A DNA stretch of 64,000 nt from assembly GCA_036985755.1 (NCBI GenBank), contig BTQG01000002.1, positions 2,277-66,276 on the forward strand. The letters run 5' to 3'. Position numbers and translations under genes: made by a program. Under the pieces are notes generated by a model. The model did no database searches. It was not told where the DNA came from and worked only from the letters and a program-made list of their open reading frames with translations. This document shows, in pieces, positions 38,566 through 49,085 of the stretch. Source of the DNA: Acidimicrobiia bacterium. Lineage in GTDB: Bacteria > Actinomycetota > Acidimicrobiia > Spongiisociales > UBA5794. Position 1 is the first letter of the stretch; every line of letters begins with the position of its first letter.

Positions 38566-38798
38566 ACTTTCCTCGCCTTCGTTCATTTGAGCCACCGGTG
38601 GTGGATCAACCTCGCCCCTAGCCCAAAGATCTCGGGGAGGCGGGGCAACCTCCCGTTGGGACGAATCACTGTAGGACTCAGGGCGGCTCCCCAATGGCCG
38701 CAAGCTCTCCTTTCGCGCTCTCTGCCGAGCACGGGATCCGATTCGAGCACGTACCATTCCCCGTAAGCCGATCGCTCAGACTCGGAAACGAATACGGG

Positions 38799-39983
38799 AT
38801 GGCAAATGTGACTCAATCCATCGGCATCGGCGTGGTCGGTTTCGGTTGGATGGGCCAGGCACACTCGCGGTCCTATCGGCGAATCCCGATGCACTTCCCC
38901 GAGGCGGAGCTCATGCCCCGACTGGTCATCGTTGCCGACAACGTCCCGGAGCGTGTACAGCTGGCGAGAGAGAACTTCGGATTCGAAACGGCCACGGCCG
39001 ACTGGAGAGAAGTGGTCGAGCACCCGGACGTGGACGTGGTGACGATCGGCGCACCCAACAAGCTGCATAGAGAGATCGCCGCCGCTGCCGCCGCCGCCGG
39101 CAAGGCCGTCTTCTGTGAGAAGCCGGTGGGGGAGGCACCGGACGTCACCGCCGAGATCGAGCACGCAGCGCGCCGGGCCGGCGTGATCACCGGGGCCGGC
39201 TTCAACTACCGATGGGTGCCTCTGGTCCTGCACCTCAAACAGCTGATCGACGGGGGTCGCCTCGGGGATCTCACCCACTACCGAGGCCGATTCTTCTCCA
39301 TGTACGGGCGGGATCGGCTCGGCACGCTGAGCTGGCGTTATCTGATGGAGGAGGCGGGCTACGGAGTCCTCACCGACATCATGTCGCACACCGTCGACAT
39401 GGCGCTCTACCTTGTCGGCCCCATCCGGCGGGTGGTCGCGACCAAAGAGATCATCGTCAAGGAACGCCCACTGCCGCAGCCTGGCTCTGGCACCCATTAC
39501 GACCGCGGCTCGCCCGGTGATCCCACCGGCAGGGTGAGCAATGAGGACTACGTGGGTGCGCTCGTCGAGTTCGAGAACGGCGTCCGGGGCACCCTCGAAG
39601 CCGATCGAACGATCTTCGGACCACAGAGCCAGATGGGATTCGAGGTCAACGGCTCTCGCGGCGCCGCGATATGGAATCTGGAGACGATGAACGAACTCCA
39701 GCTCTACCTCCCGGAGGAGAGTCCAGCCGACGGTTACATACGGGTCCTCGCCGGCGACGGCTTTCCCCACCACGGCAACATCGTCCCCGGAGGAGGGAAC
39801 CCGATCGGATACGAGGACCTCAAACTCTTCGAAGACCTCGAGTTCCTCAAAGCGGTCGCAGCCGGACGGGAGGCACCCGTCACCTTCGCCGATGCGCTCG
39901 CCGCCGCCGAGGTCGAGGCCGCAATGGCCCGCTCCTGGGACTCGGGCAAGTGGGAAGACGTCACCAGCATGCGGATCGACTGA
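38799..39983 (+). CDS. Gfo/Idh/MocA family oxidoreductase (inositol dehydrogenase-like)
   Basis: A Rossmann motif IGIGVVGFGWMG and the EKP motif (FCEKPVG). Confidence 0.85.
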   Translation: MANVTQSIGIGVVGFGWMGQAHSRSYRRIPMHFPEAELMPRLVIVADNVPERVQLARENFGFETATADWREVVEHPDVDVVTIGAPNKLHREIAAAAAAAGKAVFCEKPVGEAPDVTAEIEHAARRAGVITGAGFNYRWVPLVLHLKQLIDGGRLGDLTHYRGRFFSMYGRDRLGTLSWRYLMEEAGYGVLTDIMSHTVDMALYLVGPIRRVVATKEIIVKERPLPQPGSGTHYDRGSPGDPTGRVSNEDYVGALVEFENGVRGTLEADRTIFGPQSQMGFEVNGSRGAAIWNLETMNELQLYLPEESPADGYIRVLAGDGFPHHGNIVPGGGNPIGYEDLKLFEDLEFLKAVAAGREAPVTFADALAAAEVEAAMARSWDSGKWEDVTSMRID

Positions 39984-40082
39984 CACAGACCACGATGGAT
40001 TCGCCGGAGGCCGCCGGCGGAGGTGATCGGCGACGTCAATGCGAAGGGTGCACCACCGCTGACCGATCCTGTCGGTCTGTTC

Positions 40083-40907
40083 TCACAGCGTGAAGGCGGC
40101 GCGAAAGCGCTCCAGCGCCACAACGTCGTCGCCAGCCGCGTATGCCTCCAGCCCGACAACCCCTGAATATCCGATGTCGCCAAGAGCGGATGCGATGGCC
40201 GGGTAGTTCAATTCCCCGGTACCGGGCTCGCACCTGCCCGGCACGTCGGCGACCTGGACCTCACCGATCGCCGACCCGGCTCGGTGGACGAGCTCGACCA
40301 GATTGCCCTCACCGATCTGTGCGTGATAGAGATCGAGCATCATGCGGACACCCGGCCGATCGGTGGCTTCGACGAGGGCAAGGGTGTCCGCGGCACGGGC
40401 GAAAGGAACGCCGGGATGGTCCACCAGGACATTGAGGTTCTCCAGGCAAAACGTGACGCCGTTGCTCTCACCAAGCTCGGCCAGTTCGTCCAGTGTCCGT
40501 GCTGCGTTCAACCACATCGACCCGGTGACCTCGGAAACCGGCCGCACCGCACGACCCGAGCCATCGAGTTGGGTTCCATGAACGACGAGACGCGGACACC
40601 CCAACTCCTTGGCCACCGGAATCGCCTCACCGGCGGTTCGCAGCATCTCCGCTGACGCATCGCGTTCGGCGAGACCGCCCCGGAGGTAGCCGGTCATCGA
40701 CGAGAACGTCGCCCCGGTGCGAACGAGTGCACCGATGTCCTTCTGCGTCCAGTCCCAGATCTCGACCTGGAATCCGAGATCATCAAGACGACGGAGTCGC
40801 TCCTCGAAGGGAAGGTCGAGGAACACCATCTCGCTGCACACGGCCAGATCGAAGGTCTCGGACGCTGCTGCCTCGTATTCGGGATTGGAACGTTCCGTGG
40901 GCGCCAT
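40083..40907 (-). CDS. Xylose-isomerase-like TIM-barrel sugar phosphate isomerase/epimerase
   Basis: AP-endonuclease-2/IolE-like pattern (..LGCPRLVVHG.., ..CLENLN.., ..DLYH..). The start was set at MAPTERSN. Confidence 0.8.
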   Translation of the reverse strand: MAPTERSNPEYEAAASETFDLAVCSEMVFLDLPFEERLRRLDDLGFQVEIWDWTQKDIGALVRTGATFSSMTGYLRGGLAERDASAEMLRTAGEAIPVAKELGCPRLVVHGTQLDGSGRAVRPVSEVTGSMWLNAARTLDELAELGESNGVTFCLENLNVLVDHPGVPFARAADTLALVEATDRPGVRMMLDLYHAQIGEGNLVELVHRAGSAIGEVQVADVPGRCEPGTGELNYPAIASALGDIGYSGVVGLEAYAAGDDVVALERFRAAFTL

Positions 40908-41114
40908 CGACACAGCCTGGATTCTACTTTGGCGTGTAGTGGTCCGATGACCGGCCTGCCGGGGGCGGAAGCTCAGCGTGGCCAGGATCGGCGTTCGGCG
41001 CCCACCGGTGCATCCGCAACATACTGAAGCCGTTCGACATGGACTATCGGTCCTTTCTCGCCGATACTTCTCAGACGGACTGGCCTCGGACGAAGCGGTC
41101 ACAGAACGAAGAGG

Positions 41115-42203
41115 ATGACGCCTTTGACACTCCCGGGCAACAATGGCACCGGACTTCGACGACGGACTCGGCGGCTGACGAACCTTGTCGCGGTGTCGGC
41201 GTTCGTCTATCTGTCGTCGATCATCATGGTCATGGCGTCCGAAAGGGTCTACTGGTTCTGGGCCGGACTCGATTTCGAATCCGTCTTCTTACTGGGAGCC
41301 TTCTACGTGATCCCGGCCAGTGTGGGAATATGGGCCGTTGCGCTGACGCCCGCCAAACGTCCCTATCAGGTGGTCCTCGCCGGCGCCATCTTCGCCTTCG
41401 TGGTCGAGGGAGTGTTGACGCCGATCATCTATGGCGACGGACCACTTCCGATCATGGCCGCCATGTTCGTCGGTTGGCATGGCCTGATTTCATTTGTCGG
41501 GTTCTGGTACCTGACGCGAACGTGGCTCGTCAACGGTGAGACAGGGCGCCTATCCATCGTCGCCGCGGGGTTTGGGAGCTTCTGGGGAGTTTGGGCTGTG
41601 GTCTCGGCAGTTACGGATCCCCCCGAAACCGCCGAGATCGGATTCGACGCGACGCTCCTCGCTCCCGGTGGCTTCGCCCGCTATGCACTGGCTGTCGGAG
41701 CAACGTTTGCCCTGGCACACTGGCTCATCGGGTACGTGTGGCCCGTCGGATGGCGCCCATCGAAGTTCTCGACCTGGGCAATCGCGACGATCGCCGTGGC
41801 TTACATGGTCGTGGCAGTGTTGCCGGCTGTGATTTGGGCACCCATCAAGCTCGCCGTGCTCATCGGGGGGACCTGGCTGCTCATCAGGCTCAGCAGAATG
41901 CAGGTATCACAGGATGAGCCGTCGATCATCGACAAGCTCAACGGCCACCCGCGCCTGCGCCGCATTGCCCCAATACTGCTCATGCCCCTCACCGCCGCCC
42001 TGGCGTATGCGGCAACGTGGGCTGTCCGCGGATACGGGGAGCTCATGGGCGGCGTCTACTGGGTGCTTGTGGGAGCTCAGATCACAGTCGGAGCTGCAGC
42101 CTTCATCTGGGCGGGGCGCCGGGCGGTGGGTCGCGACAAGCGGCGTCGGTCCCTGGGCAAGAGCCCACTCAACAGAGCGCCCACCGAACGGCACACCACC
42201 TGA
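41115..42203 (+). CDS. Hypothetical polytopic membrane protein (about 8 TM)
   Basis: Strongly hydrophobic, 362 aa. No recognised motif. Confidence 0.55.
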   Translation: MTPLTLPGNNGTGLRRRTRRLTNLVAVSAFVYLSSIIMVMASERVYWFWAGLDFESVFLLGAFYVIPASVGIWAVALTPAKRPYQVVLAGAIFAFVVEGVLTPIIYGDGPLPIMAAMFVGWHGLISFVGFWYLTRTWLVNGETGRLSIVAAGFGSFWGVWAVVSAVTDPPETAEIGFDATLLAPGGFARYALAVGATFALAHWLIGYVWPVGWRPSKFSTWAIATIAVAYMVVAVLPAVIWAPIKLAVLIGGTWLLIRLSRMQVSQDEPSIIDKLNGHPRLRRIAPILLMPLTAALAYAATWAVRGYGELMGGVYWVLVGAQITVGAAAFIWAGRRAVGRDKRRRSLGKSPLNRAPTERHTT

Positions 42204-42384
42204 CGGTGAAAGCACCCGTCCGCCTCACGATCGTGGCCCTGGCGAACTCTTTGCCGGTAGATGTGGCCCTGCTCCGGGCGAAGCAGGCCGAGTCAATTTC
42301 TGGTCGTGTTCGTACCGGCGACTCTCTCACTGCTCAGAGGCGCCGATGCCTGCCGAACACTCCCCCTGCATTGGCAATCGTTCC

Positions 42385-44832
42385 CTATGAGTCCGGGGAG
42401 ATCTCGATTCGGCCGCCGGTGCCGTCGACGGTCACGACTTGTCCATCCTCGAGCAGGGAGGTTGCCGAGCCCGTCGCCACCACCGCGGGGAGCCCGTGCT
42501 CACGAGCGACCACAGCGGCATGGGAGAGCAGTCCACCGGTATCGGTGACGAGAGCACCGGCGACCGCGAAGAGCACGGTCCACGCCGGAGTTGTGACGGG
42601 AGCCACCAGCACATCGCCGGCCTGCACCTTGGTGAAGTCGGCCTCGCCGCGGACGATTCGAACGGGTCCGGTGTAACTGCCGGGTGAGACCGGGGTGCCG
42701 GTGAGGCCATCGCCCACCGGTGCAGCGATGTCCCGCTCGATGTACCAGAGCAGTGCCTGCATCAGTCGACGGGTATGGCGGGGGACCTTGGTGAGGTCGG
42801 GAGGGGGATACTCGGTGCCGAAGGAAGGGACCGGGGTATGACGTTCCGCCCATGCGTGCTCCCGGCGACGCTGTAGCACGTGCTTCCGGTGGTCTTCGCC
42901 CGCCTCGATCGCTCGGATCGCCTCATCCACATCCAGGTACACGATGTGGGCATGCTCATCCAGCAGACCGCGCCCGACGAGGCGAGCCCCCATCTCGAGC
43001 GCGGTCAGACGGATCAGCCCGATGGGGAGGTTGTCGGTGAAGAACACGTTGTCTTCGCGTAGCGGGTACACGTGCTCGACTTTCTCGAAGAGGGCCTCGA
43101 ACTGGGCGAGCTTGTCGCTTCGGTCGGCGAGCAGTGTTCTCGCCTCTGTGGCCAACTCTGCTCGATCCGGCAGGCGCTGCCCTGGTGCGGAAGCCCGGCC
43201 GGGCCGGAGGTTTCTCAAGTTCTGGATGAGCGTGTCAGAGCTCTCGCCGATCGTCGGATCGGCCACGTCATAACCCGTGGCTCGGGCTCCGAAGAGCTGC
43301 ATGTACTCGTCGAGGGCAGCACCGAAACCAGCGTCGGCGTTGCCCAGATCGTCAATGGCCACATGCTCGTCGGCGTCGAGGAGCTCGACGACGGGCGGAC
43401 TGGCGTAGGCGAGCGCGGAGAGGGCCTCCAGGCGTCTCGACGGCTCGGTGGACCACTCCGAGAGCCCGGCCATGAGCTGCACCGTTTTCGCTTCGGACCA
43501 GCCCAACACATCGCTGCCGAATTGCATCAGGTCGTACACGCCAAGCATGTACGGCACGAACAGTTTGAAGTGCACCTCCTGTCCTCGGTCGTTCAGATCG
43601 ATGAGCCGGCGCAACCGTTCGATGAGCTCGGCGTCGGACAATGTCGAGAGATCCACGGCCGACAGGATTGCCAGCTCGTCCCTGAACTGGTCGCGCCACT
43701 CCGCCCACCACTGCTCGGCATAGCGGTCTCCCAGGTTCTCTTCGGCGGCCCGACGCCCGCGGGCCACCTTCTTGCGCAGGGGCGGCACGAGTCGAGTCAA
43801 CAGGCCGAGCAGCCACGCCGGCGGTGGAGGGCCGTCCTTTCCCATCGGAGGGATGACACGCACGTAGGGGCGCCAGCCCACGATGGCAATCTCGATACCT
43901 TCAACGAGAGCGCCAAACTCGCCAAAGGCCGCGGTGGCGTGGCGGGCAATGGCCGGGTGGTAGAAGCTCGCCGCCATCGGTGAGATCGGCCGGGGATAGT
44001 GGCCGCCGTCAAACGACCAGAACCCGGGTTCCGGGGGGTCGATCGTGGGTTGCAAAGGATCGACGTCGGGGAGCCCGGTGATCGGGCGCGACTGGAGCGC
44101 AAAGAGGCGCCCACCCGCATAGGCCCACTCGATATCCTGGGGAATGTCGCCAAAATGGGACGTAACTCGATCGGCGAGCTCGGCCACTTCTAGAACCTGG
44201 TCTTCGGAGAGCGCACCCTCTCCCGCCGTCCGCAGGGAAACGACCCCACGCTCGACCTGCCACTCGTCGGGAGTTACCTCGCCTGAGACGAGGCGCTCAC
44301 CGAGCCCGGTGACTGCAGAGACGATGGTCCGATCTCTCTCGCCGGTAACGGGGTCGGCGGCGAACGCCACACCAGCAGTGTCGGCGTCAACGAGCTCCTG
44401 GACCACAACGGCCATCGGCCCCGCTTCGCCGCCGCTGTATTCGGCGGCAATTGCTGAATCACGCGATGAGGCAATAGCTCGGATGGCATCTTTCAGATCC
44501 GCTCGGCCCGTCACTCTCAGCTTGGTCTCGAAGATCCCGGCGAATGATCCGTTGAGGGAGTCCTCACCAACGGCGGACGAACGTACCGCAAAGGGGCCGT
44601 TGCCGAGGGCCTCCACGACTCGGTCAACGACACCGTCGAGTCCGGCCGGGTTTTCGCCGAGCAGACCAGCCACCGCGCCCGTTGGCACAACGACGCCTCG
44701 CGGAACGTCAAACCCACCGCGGAGGAGCTGTGCCAGTCCGGCGGCTTTCCCGCCGATGCTGGCGACGTCTGCCGGGTCCGCCTCGGCTAGGTCAATGACA
44801 ACGTCCGTCGTCGTTTCGATATCGTTCGTCAT
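42385..44832 (-). CDS. PEP-utilising enzyme with rifampin-phosphotransferase-like domain order (N-terminal ATP-grasp PEP/pyruvate-binding, C-terminal mobile His domain)
   Basis: N-terminal DVASIGGKAAGLAQL...VVPT; the extreme C-terminus has DTGGLLSHAAVVAREHGLPAVV followed by GGRIEI. The His domain at the C-terminus, rather than central, matches the Rph architecture. AGAGGA SD. Confidence 0.75.
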   Translation of the reverse strand: MTNDIETTTDVVIDLAEADPADVASIGGKAAGLAQLLRGGFDVPRGVVVPTGAVAGLLGENPAGLDGVVDRVVEALGNGPFAVRSSAVGEDSLNGSFAGIFETKLRVTGRADLKDAIRAIASSRDSAIAAEYSGGEAGPMAVVVQELVDADTAGVAFAADPVTGERDRTIVSAVTGLGERLVSGEVTPDEWQVERGVVSLRTAGEGALSEDQVLEVAELADRVTSHFGDIPQDIEWAYAGGRLFALQSRPITGLPDVDPLQPTIDPPEPGFWSFDGGHYPRPISPMAASFYHPAIARHATAAFGEFGALVEGIEIAIVGWRPYVRVIPPMGKDGPPPPAWLLGLLTRLVPPLRKKVARGRRAAEENLGDRYAEQWWAEWRDQFRDELAILSAVDLSTLSDAELIERLRRLIDLNDRGQEVHFKLFVPYMLGVYDLMQFGSDVLGWSEAKTVQLMAGLSEWSTEPSRRLEALSALAYASPPVVELLDADEHVAIDDLGNADAGFGAALDEYMQLFGARATGYDVADPTIGESSDTLIQNLRNLRPGRASAPGQRLPDRAELATEARTLLADRSDKLAQFEALFEKVEHVYPLREDNVFFTDNLPIGLIRLTALEMGARLVGRGLLDEHAHIVYLDVDEAIRAIEAGEDHRKHVLQRRREHAWAERHTPVPSFGTEYPPPDLTKVPRHTRRLMQALLWYIERDIAAPVGDGLTGTPVSPGSYTGPVRIVRGEADFTKVQAGDVLVAPVTTPAWTVLFAVAGALVTDTGGLLSHAAVVAREHGLPAVVATGSATSLLEDGQVVTVDGTGGRIEISPDS

Positions 44833-45464
44833 AGGTTTTCCTCTGCTTTCTGACGCGCCGATTCGTTTCTCGCAACGAGGTCCTCGATCAGCACCGTTAT
44901 CGCCCGGGCCACCGCGGGCCCGGAATGGTCTCCACTCAGGTCGAACTGTTGACGAAGGATGAACCACTGCTGCACCGCGCCCAGCGACCGGATCACCGCG
45001 AACGCAGCAACAAACCCCTCTTCGTCGAGGTCGGGCGCTAGTTCACGGAGAGCGGAACGGAATTCGGCGGTGCGCTGTCTTCGCTGATCTGTTTGGTGAT
45101 CGGAGGTGAGTCCTACGATGCTGAGGGCACGCACCATCCGATCCTCCTCGTCGAGCGCGAGGAAGATGCGCGTTATGGCCTCGGGTATCTCCCAGGCGTT
45201 GTTCGAGATACCAGGCAGCTCGAGTTCGCCGAGACGATCGTCGAGCCACAAATACAGCCCATTGAGAAGTTCTTCACGATTGGCGAAGTGTCGATAGACC
45301 GTGCGGTGAGATACGCCTGCCCGGTCGGCGACTGTCTGCACCGAGAAGTCGTGGACACCTTGCTCGACGATTACGTCGGCGAGGGCACGAAGGATGACCT
45401 CCTTGGCGAGGTTTCGGCTCAGCTCTTGCTGTTTGTCGCGAAGTGACGGTGCGGTCTTGTCGCT
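44829..45464 (-). CDS. TetR family transcriptional regulator
   Basis: An N-terminal HTH (FSVQTVADRAGVSHRTVYRHFANREELL). Its stop overlaps the start of the Rph-like gene by 3 nt, so the two are co-transcribed. Confidence 0.85.
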   Translation of the reverse strand, partial: SDKTAPSLRDKQQELSRNLAKEVILRALADVIVEQGVHDFSVQTVADRAGVSHRTVYRHFANREELLNGLYLWLDDRLGELELPGISNNAWEIPEAITRIFLALDEEDRMVRALSIVGLTSDHQTDQRRQRTAEFRSALRELAPDLDEEGFVAAFAVIRSLGAVQQWFILRQQFDLSGDHSGPAVARAITVLIEDLVARNESARQKAEENL

Positions 45465-45909
45465 CATCAGTTCTGCCCGTTCTCGTCCTGTCATAGGCTA
45501 TTGCACGTAGAACATAACACATGTCGCAATCAGCACAAAAGATGGCAGGCCTGTCGGGGAGAGTTGTCGCTACGGAGCTCTCCTACCCGTCCTGGCTTTC
45601 TGGTCCGTCGTCGTGTCGGTCACCGCAGCCACCGCACAAAAAGCCAGGCGAACGCCAATCCCCACGCGGATTCGAGCTCCTCGAAACCTGCCATTGCGTC
45701 CTCGAGGAGTGAGTCGCTTCGGCGGGCCTGGAGAGCATGGCAAGGATCGTTGCCGACATCGCCCGGCTCTCGGGATCGCCGCTGTCCTGTGCCAAACGCA
45801 GCGGCCTCCTTGGCGTATCCCCTCGCCCTCCGTACCTGGTGTGGGTCGGCGCACAAGACTTCCTACCCTATGTGTTATTGCGGATCGAGAACGATTTATA
45901 CCTCAGCGG

Positions 45910-47232
45910 GTGGGCCAGCTCACGACGGAGCTGTGCAGTCTGGCGTGGCCCGAGGATCAGGATGGGACCGAGCAGTTCCGCTCCTTCAGCCGGTTGACGT
46001 CGGCGCTGTACCACTACGAGTTCTACGACCGAGAGCAGGTGGTCACCGAGGCTTGGGAACGAGTCGGCGACGACCCCGCAGCGGCCTCGCTTGTGGCCGC
46101 CGAACTCACCGGCCTGCTCGACGGAGCAAACTACATCCCCGTCACGATGGCCGAACTCGACGATGCGCTGGCCAACGAGTCACTGATCCCGCTGCGGCTC
46201 GAGGTCGACCTCGACGACTACGACGAACTGCTCATCTACCGCCGCGGCAGTGAGCTGGACACCATCGAAATCCCAAAGTGGATGGGGCTGCGGTCCAAAG
46301 AGAAGACGATCACTGTCGACAAACGGGTGGTGGTATACACGCGAGTGAAGGCCCAAAGCTGGTTCGATGAGCGCAAGATCGACCCGGCCGAGCGAAATCT
46401 GGTACCTGGCCACGTGTCGCTCCGGCAGTTCCAGAACGTACCCAGGGCCGACATAGAGATGTTGCTGCCCTCTACCCAGGTGGGGTTGCGGCTGACCGAC
46501 TCCCTGGCCATCGGGGTACCAGCGGTGGCTTCGGGCGTCGCTGTATTGGCCACCAAACTGTTGCCAACCCTCGGTCTGATCTTCTTGCTGGTGGGAGCCT
46601 GGCTCGGGTTCCGTGACGAGCAGCCCAACATCGACCAGGCAGCTCTGGTCATCCTCCTCGGTGGAGCCGTCACCCTCGGAGGCTTCGTGTTCCGTCAGTG
46701 GACCAAGCTGAAGAACCGTCGCCTCGAATACCTCAAAACCCTCACCGAGAACCTCTACTTTCGTACCCTGGCCGCCGGCATCGGCGTACTCCACACCCTC
46801 CTATCGTCGGCCGAGCAGCAGGAGGTCGTAGAAGTGCTCCTCGCCTACCGCTTCTTGCTTGCCGCACCCGGCGGCCTCACCGCAGCACAACTCGACGCCG
46901 AGGTCGAGACGTGGCTGCGAGACGCCGGCCAAGGCGACATCGACTTCGAGGTCGCCGACGCCATTGCCAAGCTGCGCCGACTCGAAGTGATCGAGAGCCA
47001 CCCCACGATGCGGGCGCTACCCCTCCCCGAGTCCCTCGCACTACTCGACCGCCGGTGGGACGACCTGTTTCGGTACCAGCCCAGCGAACTGGTTACCCCG
47101 TCGACCGTCCGCGACGAACGTATCGCTACCGACGGATACCGACTTCCGCGCCTCATCCGCCTGCGTCGTGTCATCGACCGGTTCCGCGGCCGCCTCGGTG
47201 AACGCCGCATCGAACGGGAGCCCCAAGACTGA
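45910..47232 (+). CDS. Hypothetical protein with two central TM helices (DUF3754-like)
   Basis: ...IPKWMGLRSKEKTITVDKRVVVY... then two TM helices and a C-terminal helical domain. The GTG start at 45910 is tentative. An AT-richer promoter-like stretch precedes it at 45860-45905. Confidence 0.45.
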   Translation: MGQLTTELCSLAWPEDQDGTEQFRSFSRLTSALYHYEFYDREQVVTEAWERVGDDPAAASLVAAELTGLLDGANYIPVTMAELDDALANESLIPLRLEVDLDDYDELLIYRRGSELDTIEIPKWMGLRSKEKTITVDKRVVVYTRVKAQSWFDERKIDPAERNLVPGHVSLRQFQNVPRADIEMLLPSTQVGLRLTDSLAIGVPAVASGVAVLATKLLPTLGLIFLLVGAWLGFRDEQPNIDQAALVILLGGAVTLGGFVFRQWTKLKNRRLEYLKTLTENLYFRTLAAGIGVLHTLLSSAEQQEVVEVLLAYRFLLAAPGGLTAAQLDAEVETWLRDAGQGDIDFEVADAIAKLRRLEVIESHPTMRALPLPESLALLDRRWDDLFRYQPSELVTPSTVRDERIATDGYRLPRLIRLRRVIDRFRGRLGERRIEREPQD

Positions 47233-47647
47233 CACGAGCCGATCGCCCAAACGCCTCGTGCAGAGTTCTCCAAGAGCACCGATGTTGATCGAGTAGTTAC
47301 GAGCCCAAGCAAGCCGACAGTCGATCAGCGTCATGCGATCATCTGGGCGTCGAAGTCCCTGCTGTTGTTCGTCCGCGAACCCCTCACGTTCGGCCCCGAG
47401 GCGAGAATGGCTCCCAAGGTCCCGTCTCGCGAATCGATCCTCCCTCAACGCTCTTCACCTCAACCCTCTACGCGGCGGTCCCCTGCCCATGCTGGCTCCC
47501 TGCGAGCGTTGCTCGGTTGGTTTATCCCGTGCGCCAGAGATCATGTATCGCCTGCATCGCCGTCATCGGAGCTCTACTGGCCGCGCTCCCGCGCCACGTT
47601 GCGCCTGTATGACCCCTCTTCCATTCTTCCATTAGGTATTTACTAAA

Positions 47648-47682
47648 CGAAGATTTTTCGTATACTAATAGAAGAATCTTCG
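47648..47682. promoter_or_regulatory. AT-rich inverted repeat with embedded -10-like TATACT immediately upstream of fic
   Basis: CGAAGATTTTT-cgtatactaatag-AAGAATCTTCG: 11-bp arms with 1 mismatch, in a 60-bp stretch of <35% GC within a 70% GC genome. Confidence 0.5.
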
Positions 47683-47703
47683 GTAAGAGAGAGAATTACA
47701 GAA

Positions 47704-48831
47704 ATGCTATTCACCCCACCGCCGATCGACGAAGCGGAACGGCGAGTCGTCGATGAGGTTGATGAGCTCTGGGAGAGCCTGCGCTATCAGCTCGGCCAGC
47801 CACGCCGCTGGTACGGGCCACTGCGCCGACTCGTAGCGGCAAAGAACGTTCAAGCGTCGAACTCAATCGAGGGCTACAACGTCAGCGTTGAAGACGCAGC
47901 GGCCCTCCTCGCGGGAGAAGAGCCCGCCTATGCAAGCACGGTGGATGCTGCCGTCGTCCGCAACTACGGCGATGCCATGACCTACATCCTTCAGCTCGCC
48001 GACGACCCCACGTTCGAATACAGCCAGGGCCTCATCAAGAGCCTGCACTACTCGATGATGAAGCACGATCTGGAGGCGAAACCTGGCCTCTTTCGCGACG
48101 GCGCGGTGTGGGTCGTCTCTTCAACCAATAATGAGACCGTGTACGAAGGCCCGGACGCGGACATCGTGCCCGAACTGGTGGGCGCCATCGTCGATGAACT
48201 CAGAAGAGGCGAGACTCGCTCTGGATCACCATGGATCCCAGCCGCCATGGCTCACCTGAACCTGACCATGGCCCACCCGTTCAAGGACGGCAATGGCAGG
48301 ATGGCACGCGCTCTTCAGACGCTCGTGCTTTCCCGAGCCAGGATCCAATCCGACACGTTCCTCTCCATCGAGGAGTACTTGGGTGCCAATACGCCGGAGT
48401 ACTACGACGTTCTCGCTGAGGTTGGCCGGGGAGGCTGGCATCCGGAGAACGACGCGCGACCTTGGGTCCGATTTGCCCTGAAAGCCCAGTTCGTACAGGC
48501 GAAAACGATCGAGAAGCGGATCATCGAGTCATCTCGGCTATGGGACGCGATCGACGATGAGCGCCAAGCCCTCGGCCTTGACGAGCGCAACATGGGAACG
48601 CTGTACTCAGCGGCGTGGGGCTTGCGAGTTCGCCGCAGCACACACCTCACCTACGCAATCGACATCTCAGAGCGCGTGGCCACCAACGACTTGAACCGCC
48701 TCGTCGATCGAGGTCTGCTCGTGCCGGTCGGCGAGCGACGCGGTCGCTACTACATCGCCTCCGATCACCTAGAGGAGCTGAGGCAACAGACTCGAGAGCC
48801 CCGTAAGCCGATACTTGACCCATTTGAGTGA
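47704..48831 (+). CDS. Fic family protein (AMPylase-type) with C-terminal winged-helix
   Basis: The canonical Fic motif HPFKDGNGRMARAL is present. Confidence 0.85.
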   Translation: MLFTPPPIDEAERRVVDEVDELWESLRYQLGQPRRWYGPLRRLVAAKNVQASNSIEGYNVSVEDAAALLAGEEPAYASTVDAAVVRNYGDAMTYILQLADDPTFEYSQGLIKSLHYSMMKHDLEAKPGLFRDGAVWVVSSTNNETVYEGPDADIVPELVGAIVDELRRGETRSGSPWIPAAMAHLNLTMAHPFKDGNGRMARALQTLVLSRARIQSDTFLSIEEYLGANTPEYYDVLAEVGRGGWHPENDARPWVRFALKAQFVQAKTIEKRIIESSRLWDAIDDERQALGLDERNMGTLYSAAWGLRVRRSTHLTYAIDISERVATNDLNRLVDRGLLVPVGERRGRYYIASDHLEELRQQTREPRKPILDPFE

Positions 48832-48954
48832 AGCCACACCGGTGCCGCAATTGCTGGCACGGCGGTACCCATGTCATGCGGGCGATACCTACCTTTTGGC
48901 GGGCGAAGGGGGCTGATCTGGACCACATGAGCGTTCGCCGCGATGGGACCGCAA

Positions 48955-49085
48955 TGCAGAGGATGGCTCCCAGATTGGCTCCCAAACGTCATACGGCCCA
49001 TCAGTCGTCACGCGACAAGGCCTCTTCCGTACAACGCCCAGGTGGCAGGCCCGGAGGAACTCGAATCCACCAACCTTTTGACCCG
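48955..49085. repeat. att-like partial direct repeat: copy of the 3' half of tRNA-Arg(ACG) plus ~90 nt of its 3' flank
   Basis: caggcccggaggaactcgaatccaccaaccttttgacccgtag matches the 3' end through the anticodon stem of the tRNA at 52831-52904 (about 40/43). The adjacent ggatggctcccagattggctcccaa matches 52738-52765. A third partial copy of the flank lies at 47398-47430. Confidence 0.6.

Noticed and set aside
47041-47448. 135-aa minus-strand ORF upstream of fic (possible antitoxin)
   Set aside because: It overlaps the 3' end of the DUF3754-like gene by ~190 nt on the opposite strand, has no RBS and has no antitoxin-like features.
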